A DNA stretch of 64,000 bases from an uncultured Saprospiraceae bacterium (GTDB lineage Bacteria > Bacteroidota > Bacteroidia > Chitinophagales > Saprospiraceae): contig CAYZVM010000004.1 in assembly GCA_964481485.1 (NCBI GenBank), forward strand, positions 681 to 64,680, given 5' to 3'. A model generated the notes under the pieces. The model worked only from the letters and a program-made list of their open reading frames with translations. It had not been told where the DNA came from and did not search any database. Positions 27,223 through 36,572 of this stretch are shown piece after piece (the first letter of the stretch is position 1; every line of letters starts with the position of its first letter). The position numbers and the translations under genes were made by a program.

Positions 27223-27849
27223 ATGAACCAACAACCAGCAACCCGAAACCAGCAACCCGAAACCAGCAACCCGAAACCCTATTACGCCCACCCTACCGCC
27301 ATCATTGACGAAGGCTGTGTCATCGGTGCAGGTTCCAAAATCTGGCATTTCTGCCATGTCATGCCCAATAGCGAAATGGGCGAAAAATGCATCCTCGGCC
27401 AAAACGTGATGGTGGCGCCCCGCGTGAAACTCGGCAACAATGTGAAGGTGCAAAACAACGTCTCCATTTACACTGGGGTCGTTTGCGAGGACGACACATT
27501 CCTCGGGCCAAGCATGGTGTTCACCAACGTCATCAACCCGCGCAGTTTTTTGGAGCGAAAAGAAGAATTCCGCGTCACGCTCGTCAAAAAAGGCGCGAGC
27601 ATCGGGGCGAATGCCACGGTGATTTGCGGGGTCACATTGGGCGAATACTGCCTCATCGGCGCGGGTGCGGTGGTGACGAAAGACGTGCCCGATTTTGCCC
27701 TCGTGGTCGGAAATCCGGCCAAACATTTGGGCTGGGTGAGCCGACGGGGCATCCGGCTGCATTTCGGCGAAAACGCTGAGGCTGTTTGCTCGGAAAGCGG
27801 CGAGCGGTACAAATTGGAAAAAGGGCGGGTACTGTTGATGCCTGCGTGA
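27223..27849 (+). CDS. left-handed beta-helix sugar N-acetyltransferase (WbpD/WlbB-like)
   Basis: HPTAIIDEGCVIGAGSKIWHFCHVM and hexapeptide repeats through GNPAKHLGWVS. The 21-aa N-terminal extension contains the 14-mer repeat. Confidence 0.75.
   Translation: MNQQPATRNQQPETSNPKPYYAHPTAIIDEGCVIGAGSKIWHFCHVMPNSEMGEKCILGQNVMVAPRVKLGNNVKVQNNVSIYTGVVCEDDTFLGPSMVFTNVINPRSFLERKEEFRVTLVKKGASIGANATVICGVTLGEYCLIGAGAVVTKDVPDFALVVGNPAKHLGWVSRRGIRLHFGENAEAVCSESGERYKLEKGRVLLMPA
27235..27276 (+). repeat. perfect tandem repeat CCAGCAACCCGAAA x3 within codons 5-18
   Basis: Three identical 14-bp units read directly from the sequence. The total of 42 bp keeps the frame. Confidence 0.95.
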
Positions 27850-27897
27850 AACTTTTTGAAATTCAGCCTTGTCTATCTGCATCAAATGCTCCATCTT

Positions 27898-28527
27898 ATG
27901 ACAGGTCCAAACCCGAACACTGCATTCCCGCTCGCCAACTATGAGCGACTTTGTTTCCTGAAAAACGTCGTCAAAAACCCCAACATCATTGTGGGCGACT
28001 TCACCTACTACGATGATTTTGAGGATGTTGCCAATTTTGAAAAAAACGTGAAGTACCTATTCGACTTCACGGGCGACAAACTTTTTATCGGAAAATTCTG
28101 CGCCATCGCTTCCAGCGTTACCTTCCTCATGAACGGCGGCAACCATCTCGTGGACGCCGTCTCCACCTATCCTTTTGAAATTTTTGGCCACGGCTGGGAA
28201 GGCTCTATGGCGGGAAAAACCTACCCCACAAAAGGCGACACCATCGTGGGCAACGATGTGTGGATTGGTTACAACTCGGTCATCATGCCGGGCGTGAAAA
28301 TCGGCGACGGGGCCATCATCGGCTCCTGCTCGGTGGTGGCGAAAGACGTGGAACCTTACGCCATTGTCGGCGGCAACCCCGCCCGCGAAATCCGCAAAAG
28401 ATTCTCCGAGGAACACATCCGGGCACTGCTGGAAACGAAATGGTGGGACTGGGATTTGGAAAAAATCACGCGCAATCTCCATCTATTGACCAGCAATGAC
28501 GTGGCCGGCCTTTTGAGCGCAAGTTGA
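27898..28527 (+). CDS. vat: Vat-family (streptogramin A / xenobiotic) O-acetyltransferase
   Basis: ATG at 27898 gives MTGPNP.., matching the MGPNP start recalled for Vat(D). Blocks KFCAIASSVTFLMNGGNHLVDAVSTYPF, GDTIVGNDVWIGYNSVIMPGVKIGDGAII, GGNPAREIRKRF and WWDW. Confidence 0.8.
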   Translation: MTGPNPNTAFPLANYERLCFLKNVVKNPNIIVGDFTYYDDFEDVANFEKNVKYLFDFTGDKLFIGKFCAIASSVTFLMNGGNHLVDAVSTYPFEIFGHGWEGSMAGKTYPTKGDTIVGNDVWIGYNSVIMPGVKIGDGAIIGSCSVVAKDVEPYAIVGGNPAREIRKRFSEEHIRALLETKWWDWDLEKITRNLHLLTSNDVAGLLSAS

Positions 28528-28555
28528 TTTCGGCGAATTTCCTCAAATTTGCCCC

Positions 28556-29143
28556 ATGCCTTCCACCGTTTCTACCCGCCGAAAGAATGAAGGCGGGCAA
28601 CCTTCATCTGCCATTAACCACCTGCACGACACCGAGCCGCGCTGGTTTGCCGTGAACACCCGCTCAAAAAGCGAAAAATTCGCACAACGGATGCTCACCA
28701 AAAAAGGCATCCACGCTTGGCTGCCGCTGCAAAAACTCATGCGCCGCTATACCCGCAGCATCCGCTGGGTCGAAAAGCCGCTCATTAATTCTTATGTTTT
28801 TGTAAAAATCACGAAGGCGCAATATGTGGCCGTATTGGAAACAGAGAACGTGGCGGGCTTCGTGAAATTCAGCAAAAACCTGATAGCTATCCCCGAATCG
28901 GAAATAGATTTATTGAAAAGAATAACGCTCGAAGATGGGCTCGACGTGGAGGCCGTGCAGGGCAGTTTTGAAGCGGGCGACCCGGTGGAAATATCGGCGG
29001 GCAGCCTCGCTGGGCTGAAAGGCCGCATCGTGAAAGTGGAAGGCAAACGAAAATTCCAAGTGGAATTGAAATACCTGTTCCAAAGCCTTTTGATAACAGT
29101 GGATGCAGCGTTTTTGGAAAAGACGCGGTTGGCCATTGATTGA
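28556..29143 (+). CDS. UpxY-family (NusG-like) transcription antiterminator
   Basis: RWFAVNTRSKSEKF NGN-like start and a KOW-like GDPVEISAGSLAGLKGRIVKVEG. Confidence 0.7.
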   Translation: MPSTVSTRRKNEGGQPSSAINHLHDTEPRWFAVNTRSKSEKFAQRMLTKKGIHAWLPLQKLMRRYTRSIRWVEKPLINSYVFVKITKAQYVAVLETENVAGFVKFSKNLIAIPESEIDLLKRITLEDGLDVEAVQGSFEAGDPVEISAGSLAGLKGRIVKVEGKRKFQVELKYLFQSLLITVDAAFLEKTRLAID

Positions 29144-29181
29144 TGCCGAACATTTTGAAAGCTCAGCAAACGCCATTCATT

Positions 29182-29223
29182 TTTCTATCAAAACGATAGA
29201 AATTTTCTATAAAGCATAGAAAA
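29182..29223. repeat. two abutting 21-bp palindromes with the same stem (TTTCTAT-N5-ATAGAAA)
   Basis: TTTCTATC-AAAAC-GATAGAAA at 29182-29202 and TTTTCTAT-AAAGC-ATAGAAAA at 29203-29223. Confidence 0.85.
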
Positions 29224-29259
29224 TACCACATCAGTAAATTGCTGAATTAGCGCATTGCC

Positions 29260-29730
29260 CTACCCTTTCATCGCCACCGTCAAGGCAAAATATTCATAAC
29301 CGTTCACGCTCTGTTTGTCGAATGAGTAGCGGAACATTTTGCCTACCACTGTCTGCTTGCCGCCGCCGGTGCTGTGGCGCTCATCCACCGATTTTTTCAA
29401 CGTGTCGAAACTGCGCTCGTTCAAGGTCAGGAATGTGATGTCGTTCACATTCGTGCGCCAATAAATGACCTGCTCGTAAATGGCAATGCCTTTGTCGGTA
29501 GTGTGCCAGCATTTGTAGTATTTCCGGGTATTGGTGGCGCCGGTGCCAGACTCGTTGATAAGGTCAAAACCGAGGTCGAGAATTTTGGCCTCCTTGTCAA
29601 CAGGGGCGGCTTTTTCGATGACTTGGAGGGTGCTGAGTTCGATTTCGGAGCATTGGGCGGCGAGACGGCCGATGGGGGCGAGGAGGCTCGCCGTTAAAAA
29701 GGCACAGGCGGGCAAGAAGGCAAATTTCAT
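29260..29730 (-). CDS. secreted hypothetical protein
   Basis: Signal peptide MKFAFLPACAFLTASLLAPIGRLAA. 156 aa. Confidence 0.5.
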   Translation of the reverse strand: MKFAFLPACAFLTASLLAPIGRLAAQCSEIELSTLQVIEKAAPVDKEAKILDLGFDLINESGTGATNTRKYYKCWHTTDKGIAIYEQVIYWRTNVNDITFLTLNERSFDTLKKSVDERHSTGGGKQTVVGKMFRYSFDKQSVNGYEYFALTVAMKG

Positions 29731-29889
29731 TGATTAGTTTTGAAAGATGAAGAACACTGAAAGTGGCTGCAAAGAAACTTGATATGAGAGAAAAAAATAT
29801 CGTTTGAGAAGTTAAAGTCATTACAACTGAAACAATTTGCCAAGTGAATTTTGCCGTACCTTACACGCAAGGCCTAATATGCTTTGAAC

Positions 29890-32220
29890 ATGAAAAACAC
29901 CCGCCTCCTACTTTCCCTGCTCCTTTCACCCTTTCTTCTTTTCTCCCAAACGCAAACCATCTCTGGCCTCGTGCTAGACAAAGACTCCCGCCAGCCGCTC
30001 GTCGGCGCGACGGTGCAGGTGCTGAGCACAGAGCCCGCCATCGGCGCGGTGACAGATGCCGACGGCAAGTTTTCCCTGAAAAACGTCCCCGTCGGTCGCC
30101 AACAAATCCAATGCACCTACTTCGGCTACGAACCCTGGCTGAGCGACCCGCTCATCGTCAACAGCGCGCGCGAAACCTATCTCTCCATTTTGCTCACAGA
30201 GGCAGTTTTGAAAACGCAGGAGGTCGTCGTCACCGCAAAACGCCGTGGCAATGAGCCGATTAATGAACTCGCCATGCTCAGCACCCGCTCTTTTTCGGCA
30301 GAAGAAACCCAACGCTATGCTGCCAGTGCCAACGACCCTGGCCGCATGGCGCAAGCCCTCCCCGGTGTGCAGCCCAGCCGCGACAGCCGCTCCGACATCG
30401 TGGTGCGCGGCAACTCCGGCATCGGCCTGCTCTGGCGGCTCGAAGGTGTGGATATCCCCAATCCCAACCACTTCGCCCGGCGCGGCTCGTCGGGCGGCGG
30501 CATCACGATTTTTTCCGTCAGTATGCTCGCCAATTCCGATTTTAGCACCGGCGCGTTCCCGGCGGAATACGGCAATGCGTACAGCGGCGTGTTCGACATT
30601 CATTTCAGAAAAGGCAACCCCGACAAACGCGAATACACTTTCCGCGCCGGGATGCTCGGCCTCGATTTCAGCACGGAAGGCCCGTTCAAAAAAGGCAGCG
30701 ATGCGACGTATTTGGTCAACTACCGCTACTCCACGCTCGGCATTTTGAACAAAATGGGGCTGCATCTTGTGGGCGAGCGCATTGACAATACTTTTCAAGA
30801 TTTGTCTTTCAACCTGTACCTGCCCACCAAAAACAAAAAACATCTTTTCACACTCTGGGGTATCGGCGGCCTCAGCCAAGAAACCGAAAACGCAGTGGAA
30901 AACGTGGCAGATTGGGACTCGTATTCAGACTATTACACCCGCGATTTCGATACGAACACGGGGGCAATCGGCGCCACACACACCGCCCTTATCAACGACG
31001 ACGCTTATTTGAAATCGAGCATCGTCGCCACCGGGCAAGACATAAATTGGCGCAACGATACGCTCGATTCGGAACGCCGCCCGTTCGCCGTCAACTCCGA
31101 GCGGTACAAAGAAGGCCGCTATGTGTTGTCCTCTTTTTTGAGCAAAAAATTCAGCCCGCGCCTGTCGCTCAAAACGGGCTTTTTTCTCAATCACATTCCG
31201 TACAATTTTTTCCGCGAAACCCTCGGCGACTCCACTTCTATCAATGCCAAAGGCAGCACCCAACTCATTCAGCCCTACGCCAATTTTCGTTTCCGTTTCG
31301 GCGAACGCTGGACTTTGACTACCGGGCTGCACGCTATGTTTTTCACGCTCAACAACGATGTCAGCATGGAGCCGCGTTTGGCTTTGAAATATCAAATCGC
31401 TGAAAATCAATCCATCAGTCTCGCCAACGGCAACCACAGCCGGGCGCTGCCGCTCGGCAATTATTTCACCCGCATCAACGGGCGAGAAGTGAACCGCGAG
31501 GCGGGTTTCGTGAAAGCCGAGCACCTGATTTTGGGCTACGATTTGCTGGCGGGCAAATCGCTGCGTTTCCATGCGGAGGCATATTACCAGAAATTCCGCG
31601 ACGTGCCAGTGGCGAAAAATCCGGCGAGCAGTTGGAGTATCCTGAACACGATAGACGGTTTTGCAAAATACGAACTGGTGAACGAAGGCGAGGGGCAAAA
31701 TATCGGCCTCGACCTGAGCGTGGAAAAATCGTTCGCCGGCGGTACATTCTTTATTGTCAGCACTTCCGTGTCGCGCTCGCGATACAAAGATGTGAACGGG
31801 CGCGAACACCCGACGGCTTTCGACAGCGGCATATCGGCCACATTCACGGGCGGCAAGGAGTGGGCTTTTCAAAATGCCTCGGTGTTGCAACTCGGCCTGC
31901 GCGTCATTTACAACGGCGGCCAGCGGCTCACGCCCTTGCTGCCCAGCCAGCCGGTCAATCGTTATTCACCCGATCCGATTTTGGACGAAAACCGCGCTTT
32001 TGAAGAGCGGGTGGAGGCGTATTTCCGCCCCGATTTGCGCATTGCTTTTCGGAAAAACAACCCGCGCGCGGCTTGGTGGGTTGCACTTGACATTCAGAAC
32101 ATTATCAGCCGCCGCAACGTGGATCCAATCAACCGCAGCTACGACCCCGACCTCAACGAGTGGGTGTATCGCGAGCAGTCGGGGCTGACACCGGTATTGA
32201 GTTTTCAGATAGACCTATAA
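29890..32220 (+). CDS. TonB-dependent receptor (CarboxypepD_reg-plug-barrel)
   Basis: ATG at 29890 with signal peptide. ISGLVLDKDSRQPLVGATVQV start, plug region, about 776 aa. Confidence 0.8.
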   Translation: MKNTRLLLSLLLSPFLLFSQTQTISGLVLDKDSRQPLVGATVQVLSTEPAIGAVTDADGKFSLKNVPVGRQQIQCTYFGYEPWLSDPLIVNSARETYLSILLTEAVLKTQEVVVTAKRRGNEPINELAMLSTRSFSAEETQRYAASANDPGRMAQALPGVQPSRDSRSDIVVRGNSGIGLLWRLEGVDIPNPNHFARRGSSGGGITIFSVSMLANSDFSTGAFPAEYGNAYSGVFDIHFRKGNPDKREYTFRAGMLGLDFSTEGPFKKGSDATYLVNYRYSTLGILNKMGLHLVGERIDNTFQDLSFNLYLPTKNKKHLFTLWGIGGLSQETENAVENVADWDSYSDYYTRDFDTNTGAIGATHTALINDDAYLKSSIVATGQDINWRNDTLDSERRPFAVNSERYKEGRYVLSSFLSKKFSPRLSLKTGFFLNHIPYNFFRETLGDSTSINAKGSTQLIQPYANFRFRFGERWTLTTGLHAMFFTLNNDVSMEPRLALKYQIAENQSISLANGNHSRALPLGNYFTRINGREVNREAGFVKAEHLILGYDLLAGKSLRFHAEAYYQKFRDVPVAKNPASSWSILNTIDGFAKYELVNEGEGQNIGLDLSVEKSFAGGTFFIVSTSVSRSRYKDVNGREHPTAFDSGISATFTGGKEWAFQNASVLQLGLRVIYNGGQRLTPLLPSQPVNRYSPDPILDENRAFEERVEAYFRPDLRIAFRKNNPRAAWWVALDIQNIISRRNVDPINRSYDPDLNEWVYREQSGLTPVLSFQIDL

Positions 32221-32293
32221 CGTACTGGATTTACGAAACACGGATGTTCCGTAAACGCCGCGCCCTTTTATCTTTGCCCCAAAAACACCACCT

Positions 32294-32506
32294 ATGGAAC
32301 AACCCAACAATCCCCTGCATGGCAAAACGCTCCAAACGATATTGGAGGAATTGGTGGAAACCTACCGCTGGGAGGGTTTGGCCTTGTATATTGACATCAA
32401 CTGTTTCAAGAACGACCCCAGCATCAAGTCCAGCTTGACTTTTTTGCGCAAAACGCCGTGGGCTCGAAAAAAGGTAGAAGAATTGTACCTGCGGACATTC
32501 AAATAA
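32294..32506 (+). CDS. VF530/DUF2132-like small DNA-binding protein
   Basis: 70 aa. [24 protein letters not shown]...[16 protein letters not shown] matches the recalled VF530 family pattern. Confidence 0.65.
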   Translation: MEQPNNPLHGKTLQTILEELVETYRWEGLALYIDINCFKNDPSIKSSLTFLRKTPWARKKVEELYLRTFK

Positions 32507-32595
32507 TCACTTTCCCACCCCACCAAGCACATCTGCTGCGGCCCATTTGGCAGGATGTGCCTACCTTCGGCGCTCAAAATCCAGCGCATTGTTTT

Positions 32596-32940
32596 ATGTC
32601 AAAATTTATCAACTTCATCGCCGGCGAAGCGCTCAACCTGTCCGTGGGGTACTTGGCCGGGCTGACGGCATCCACCCTGGTCTCCAAATTTTTTGTCAAA
32701 AAAGGATTGGTCAATCTCTGGGGGCTGGCCTCCAAACGGGAAGCGGTCAGGAAAGATGACTACGAATGGCTGATGTTCATTGCCTCTTATGCCATCGGCT
32801 TGTTCGTGATGGTGAGCGTGAACTATTTGATGCGAAAAATCAGAAAACCAACCGTGTCCGCACCCGGAAACCTCGGCCACCCAGCCTTGACTCGCCTCTC
32901 CACGAATATCCTGCCCTCTGAAAAAAACACCGCTTCTTAA
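32596..32940 (+). CDS. small membrane protein
   Basis: ATG at 32596. Two hydrophobic helices. Confidence 0.4.
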   Translation: MSKFINFIAGEALNLSVGYLAGLTASTLVSKFFVKKGLVNLWGLASKREAVRKDDYEWLMFIASYAIGLFVMVSVNYLMRKIRKPTVSAPGNLGHPALTRLSTNILPSEKNTAS

Positions 32941-33063
32941 ACCAGCCTTAAAATACCATTAAAAGCCCTTAAAAAGGTGCGCAAGTTCCAAAATAACAAG
33001 ATTGAATCACGAGTTTTGCATTCCAAACCGAACGTTTTTTTATCACTTCAATCAATACTTTCC

Positions 33064-33990
33064 ATGAGTAACACGACAAAATTCATCATTTTTCTGTGCA
33101 TCGGACTGACGATGACATCCTGCGTGACCAAAAAGAAATTCACGTCGCTGCAATCAGAACTTGACACAGCCAACAAAGACTTGGGCAAATGCGGCGAAAG
33201 CCTAAATGCCGCCCTCGCCAAACTCTCCACTTGCGAAAAAGATAAAGATAACCTCAGAAGTGAACTCAGCAGCGCCCGCAGCGCACTCCAACTGCGCGAG
33301 GAGCAAATCCGTGATTTGCGGACACAAGTGGACGACTTCAAAGCGCAGCGCGACAAACAACTCGACCAAGTGGGCAACCTCACCGTGCTGTCGCAATCTG
33401 CCAACGAGAATATCAGAGAAACGCTGTCCCAATTGGAACGCAAAGACAAATACATCCACCTCCTGCAAGCCGCCAAAACAAAAGCCGACTCCATCAATTT
33501 GGCATTGGCCGTCAACCTTAAAAGTGTGCTGAAAGACGGCCTTGAAGACGACGATGTGGAAGTGAAAGTGGACAAAACGGTGGTGTTCGTCAACCTGTCG
33601 GACAAAATGCTCTACCAAAGCGGCAGCGCCAATCTTACCTCTCGCGCCAACGAGGTATTGGGCAAAATCGCCACCATCATCGAATCCCGCCCCGACCTCG
33701 AAGTCATGGTGGAAGGCTACACCGACAACAAACCCATCAAAACAGCCTGCATAGAGGACAACTGGGACTTGAGCGTGAAACGCGCCACGTCGGTTGTGCG
33801 CGCATTGCAGATGAATTTCAAAATCAACCCCAACCGCTTGATTGCCGCTGGCCGGGGGGAATACAACACATTGGCTACCAACGACACCGAAGCCGGTCGC
33901 GCCATGAACCGCCGCACCCGTATTATCATCCTGCCAAAAATTGACCAGTTTTACGACTTGTTGAACCCGAACAACGTGCCGAACAAATAA
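33064..33990 (+). CDS. OmpA-family lipoprotein with N-terminal coiled coil
   Basis: Lipobox GLTMTSC. Coiled-coil region. C-terminal OmpA-like block EGYTDNKPI..NWDLSVKRATSVVRAL..NRRTRIIILP. Confidence 0.8.
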   Translation: MSNTTKFIIFLCIGLTMTSCVTKKKFTSLQSELDTANKDLGKCGESLNAALAKLSTCEKDKDNLRSELSSARSALQLREEQIRDLRTQVDDFKAQRDKQLDQVGNLTVLSQSANENIRETLSQLERKDKYIHLLQAAKTKADSINLALAVNLKSVLKDGLEDDDVEVKVDKTVVFVNLSDKMLYQSGSANLTSRANEVLGKIATIIESRPDLEVMVEGYTDNKPIKTACIEDNWDLSVKRATSVVRALQMNFKINPNRLIAAGRGEYNTLATNDTEAGRAMNRRTRIIILPKIDQFYDLLNPNNVPNK

Positions 33991-34075
33991 AGGCAATTTG
34001 AAGAACTATCGCCCAACCAAGTGTATGTCATGTTGGCTCCGAAATTCGGGGCCAACGTGGCATACCAACAACAAA

Positions 34076-35248
34076 ATGACAAACAATCCTACAACAACGG
34101 AAATCCTTTCTGGCTGGCGTTTCTGGCAACGACGGCTTTTCCTTTTGCTCCCCCGAGCAGTCCGAATTGCCCACCGAGCCTACCCCAGCTGGCGAGAAAC
34201 CCGCGCCGCCCTGCGCGGTTTGCGGGCAGTCATCCGGGAGAATGACCGTATCCGCCACATCACAAAAGGCGCGGTGGTCGGCGGGCGTTTTTTTACTATC
34301 ATGAGTTATCCCGGCGGGCCATCGGCAGCGCAAGATGTACTCATTAAGAACGAGTTGCACCGCGTCCGGCCCATTCCCAGCCATACGCCCGGCTTATTAT
34401 TGCTCATCGTCGCGATGACAAAAAAATGCCCGCTCCGCTGCGAACATTGTTTCGAGTGGGATGCCCTGAACGGGTACGACACACTCACAGCAAACGATGT
34501 GTTGGGCATTATCCAAAAATTCCAAAAACGTGGCGTGGCGCAAGTGGAACTCTCCGGCGGCGAGCCACTCAATCGTTTCGACGACCTGCTGCGCATCGTC
34601 GGGGAAAGCGACACGATTGCCTCGGATTTTTGGATACTGACATCCGGCTATCGCCTCACAGCCGACCGCGCCGAGGCATTGAAAGCCGCCGGCCTCACGG
34701 GCGTTTCCGTCAGCCTCGACCATTGGGACGCGGCGCAACACGACCAATTCCGGGGCATGAAAGGCGCATTTGACTGGGCGGAACAGGCTGTTCGCAACGC
34801 CCGCGCCGCAGGTTTGGTGGTGGGTCTATCGCTCACGCCGGTGAAACGTTTTTGCACAACAGCAAACTTGCTCCGCTACGCCGACCTGGCCAAACACTGG
34901 GGCGCACATTTCATCCGTATCGTGGAGCCACGGGCGGTGGGGCATTATGCTGGCCAACCGGTGGAACTTTCCCCGCTCGAACTTGCTGTGGTTGAGGATT
35001 TTGCCCGCACGATGCAACGCGACCCGCACTATCGCGACTATCCGATTATTGATTATTACGGCACATACCAACGTGCGGTGGGCTGCTCTGGCGCGGGCGA
35101 GCGCTTTCTCTATGTGGACACCGACGGCGATATGCACGTCTGCCCATTTTGCCAGCATAAATGCGGCAGTGCGGTGCATGGCACGGTGGAAGAAGGTTTG
35201 GAAAAAATGAGGCAGGCGAGCGGGTGCCATGCTTTTCCGACGGTGTGA
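34076..35248 (+). CDS. radical SAM protein with SPASM/twitch-like C-terminal Cys cluster
   Basis: ATG at 34076. CPLRCEHC (CxxxCxxC) about 110 aa from the N-terminus. C-terminal GDMHVCPFCQHKCG. Confidence 0.75.
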   Translation: MTNNPTTTEILSGWRFWQRRLFLLLPRAVRIAHRAYPSWRETRAALRGLRAVIRENDRIRHITKGAVVGGRFFTIMSYPGGPSAAQDVLIKNELHRVRPIPSHTPGLLLLIVAMTKKCPLRCEHCFEWDALNGYDTLTANDVLGIIQKFQKRGVAQVELSGGEPLNRFDDLLRIVGESDTIASDFWILTSGYRLTADRAEALKAAGLTGVSVSLDHWDAAQHDQFRGMKGAFDWAEQAVRNARAAGLVVGLSLTPVKRFCTTANLLRYADLAKHWGAHFIRIVEPRAVGHYAGQPVELSPLELAVVEDFARTMQRDPHYRDYPIIDYYGTYQRAVGCSGAGERFLYVDTDGDMHVCPFCQHKCGSAVHGTVEEGLEKMRQASGCHAFPTV

Positions 35249-35326
35249 GGCGAAGCTGCAATTTTTTAAAATAACAAGGGCAATGTGTTGTCTAATTTTA
35301 AGGTTTACAAAATAAAACATCGAAGT

Positions 35327-36517
35327 ATGAAATTGGTCAAAATCTTCTCTATCAGTGCGTTGGCATCGGCGGCCATGTTCTTTGCCTGCAAACAAGACCA
35401 AAAAAAGCCAACTACGCCCACGCCTGAAAATGCCATTGCTTTGCCGCCAGCCAAGCCGGAGGCAGTCCTTTATATCACCACTGTGGACAAATTGAACCTG
35501 CGTGAAGAGCCGAACAAAAACGGCAAAGTCATCACCCAATTGGCCGAAAACGCATATCTCGAAGGCACGGGCGAAGTGTCGGCCAACCGGGAGGAGGCCA
35601 CCCTGCGCGGCCTCACTTGGAACGAGCCTTATCTCAAAGTTGCCACCAACGCGCCAGAGCCGCACACGGGCTGGGCTTATGGCGGCGCATTGCGGCGGGT
35701 GTATGCCGGAGCGCGGAGCAACATTCCTGATTTGGACAAACTTTCGCAGCTCTCTTCTTTTCTCAAAACCCTCAACGCCAAGAAGTTGGAAAGCGGGAAA
35801 AAGGCCTGGGATTTTGTGAACACCAATTTTTCAGGAGCCAGCGGCCCGCTCGCCGATGCTGCGTTTGTTCTTTTGGAGGGTTTTCTGCGGCGCATGGAAA
35901 TTGAGGGAGAATTTTACAAAATGACCGAAAAAGTGACATGGGTTGTGGAAGATTATGAAGCCATCGCCAACCACACATTTGACATGAACAAATACCCAGA
36001 GTCGAAGTCGCTGGCCGAAAACGGCTTTGAATTGGCGCAAGGCGAGGGCATGGTGTTCCCCACTGTGGCTTGGAACAAGTTGAAATCCTTCTTCAGCCCA
36101 AAAGTCACGCCCGCTATGAAAACATATCTTGACCAGCAAACTGTCGAGCAAAACAATCAGGCATGGGACGATGGCGGCATCATTATTTCATTGGAAGAAT
36201 TGGCCGACCGCGCTGCTTTTTGGGAAAAATTCAACCGAGAAAACCCCTACTTTTTGTTGGCTGAAGAAACTACGCAATCTGAACAATGGACACGCCTCGT
36301 GCTGGTGAACGGCGCGGACAACACGCCCACCTATAATTATGAAACACAAGAGATTGCGGAAGATTATAAAAAGGTGTGGGCTTATATCCAGCAAAAATAC
36401 CCCGGCACCGAATTGGCAAAAACCGCCGAAGAAATAGCCGGCCTCTGCGCCGCCGAGGGCTGGAAACGCACGAAAAAAGTGGAGGATTGGCAGACGAATT
36501 TTGCCAATAATAATTAA
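35327..36517 (+). CDS. lipoprotein with SH3b-like N-terminal domain
   Basis: Lipobox MFFAC. VDKLNLREEPNKNGKVITQLAENAYLEG resembles bacterial SH3. Confidence 0.45.
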   Translation: MKLVKIFSISALASAAMFFACKQDQKKPTTPTPENAIALPPAKPEAVLYITTVDKLNLREEPNKNGKVITQLAENAYLEGTGEVSANREEATLRGLTWNEPYLKVATNAPEPHTGWAYGGALRRVYAGARSNIPDLDKLSQLSSFLKTLNAKKLESGKKAWDFVNTNFSGASGPLADAAFVLLEGFLRRMEIEGEFYKMTEKVTWVVEDYEAIANHTFDMNKYPESKSLAENGFELAQGEGMVFPTVAWNKLKSFFSPKVTPAMKTYLDQQTVEQNNQAWDDGGIIISLEELADRAAFWEKFNRENPYFLLAEETTQSEQWTRLVLVNGADNTPTYNYETQEIAEDYKKVWAYIQQKYPGTELAKTAEEIAGLCAAEGWKRTKKVEDWQTNFANNN

Positions 36518-36524
36518 AAACACA

Positions 36525-36572
36525 TGTCATGCTGAACGAAGTGAAGCATCTGAATCCGAGTCCAGATGCTTC
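36525..36572. terminator. TGTCATGCTGAACGAAGTGAAGCATC-type hairpin element, probable bidirectional terminator
   Basis: GAAGCATCTG-N10-CAGATGCTTC at 36543-36572. The right arm overlaps the gluQ-like stop codon and is followed by a T-rich run. Confidence 0.6.
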
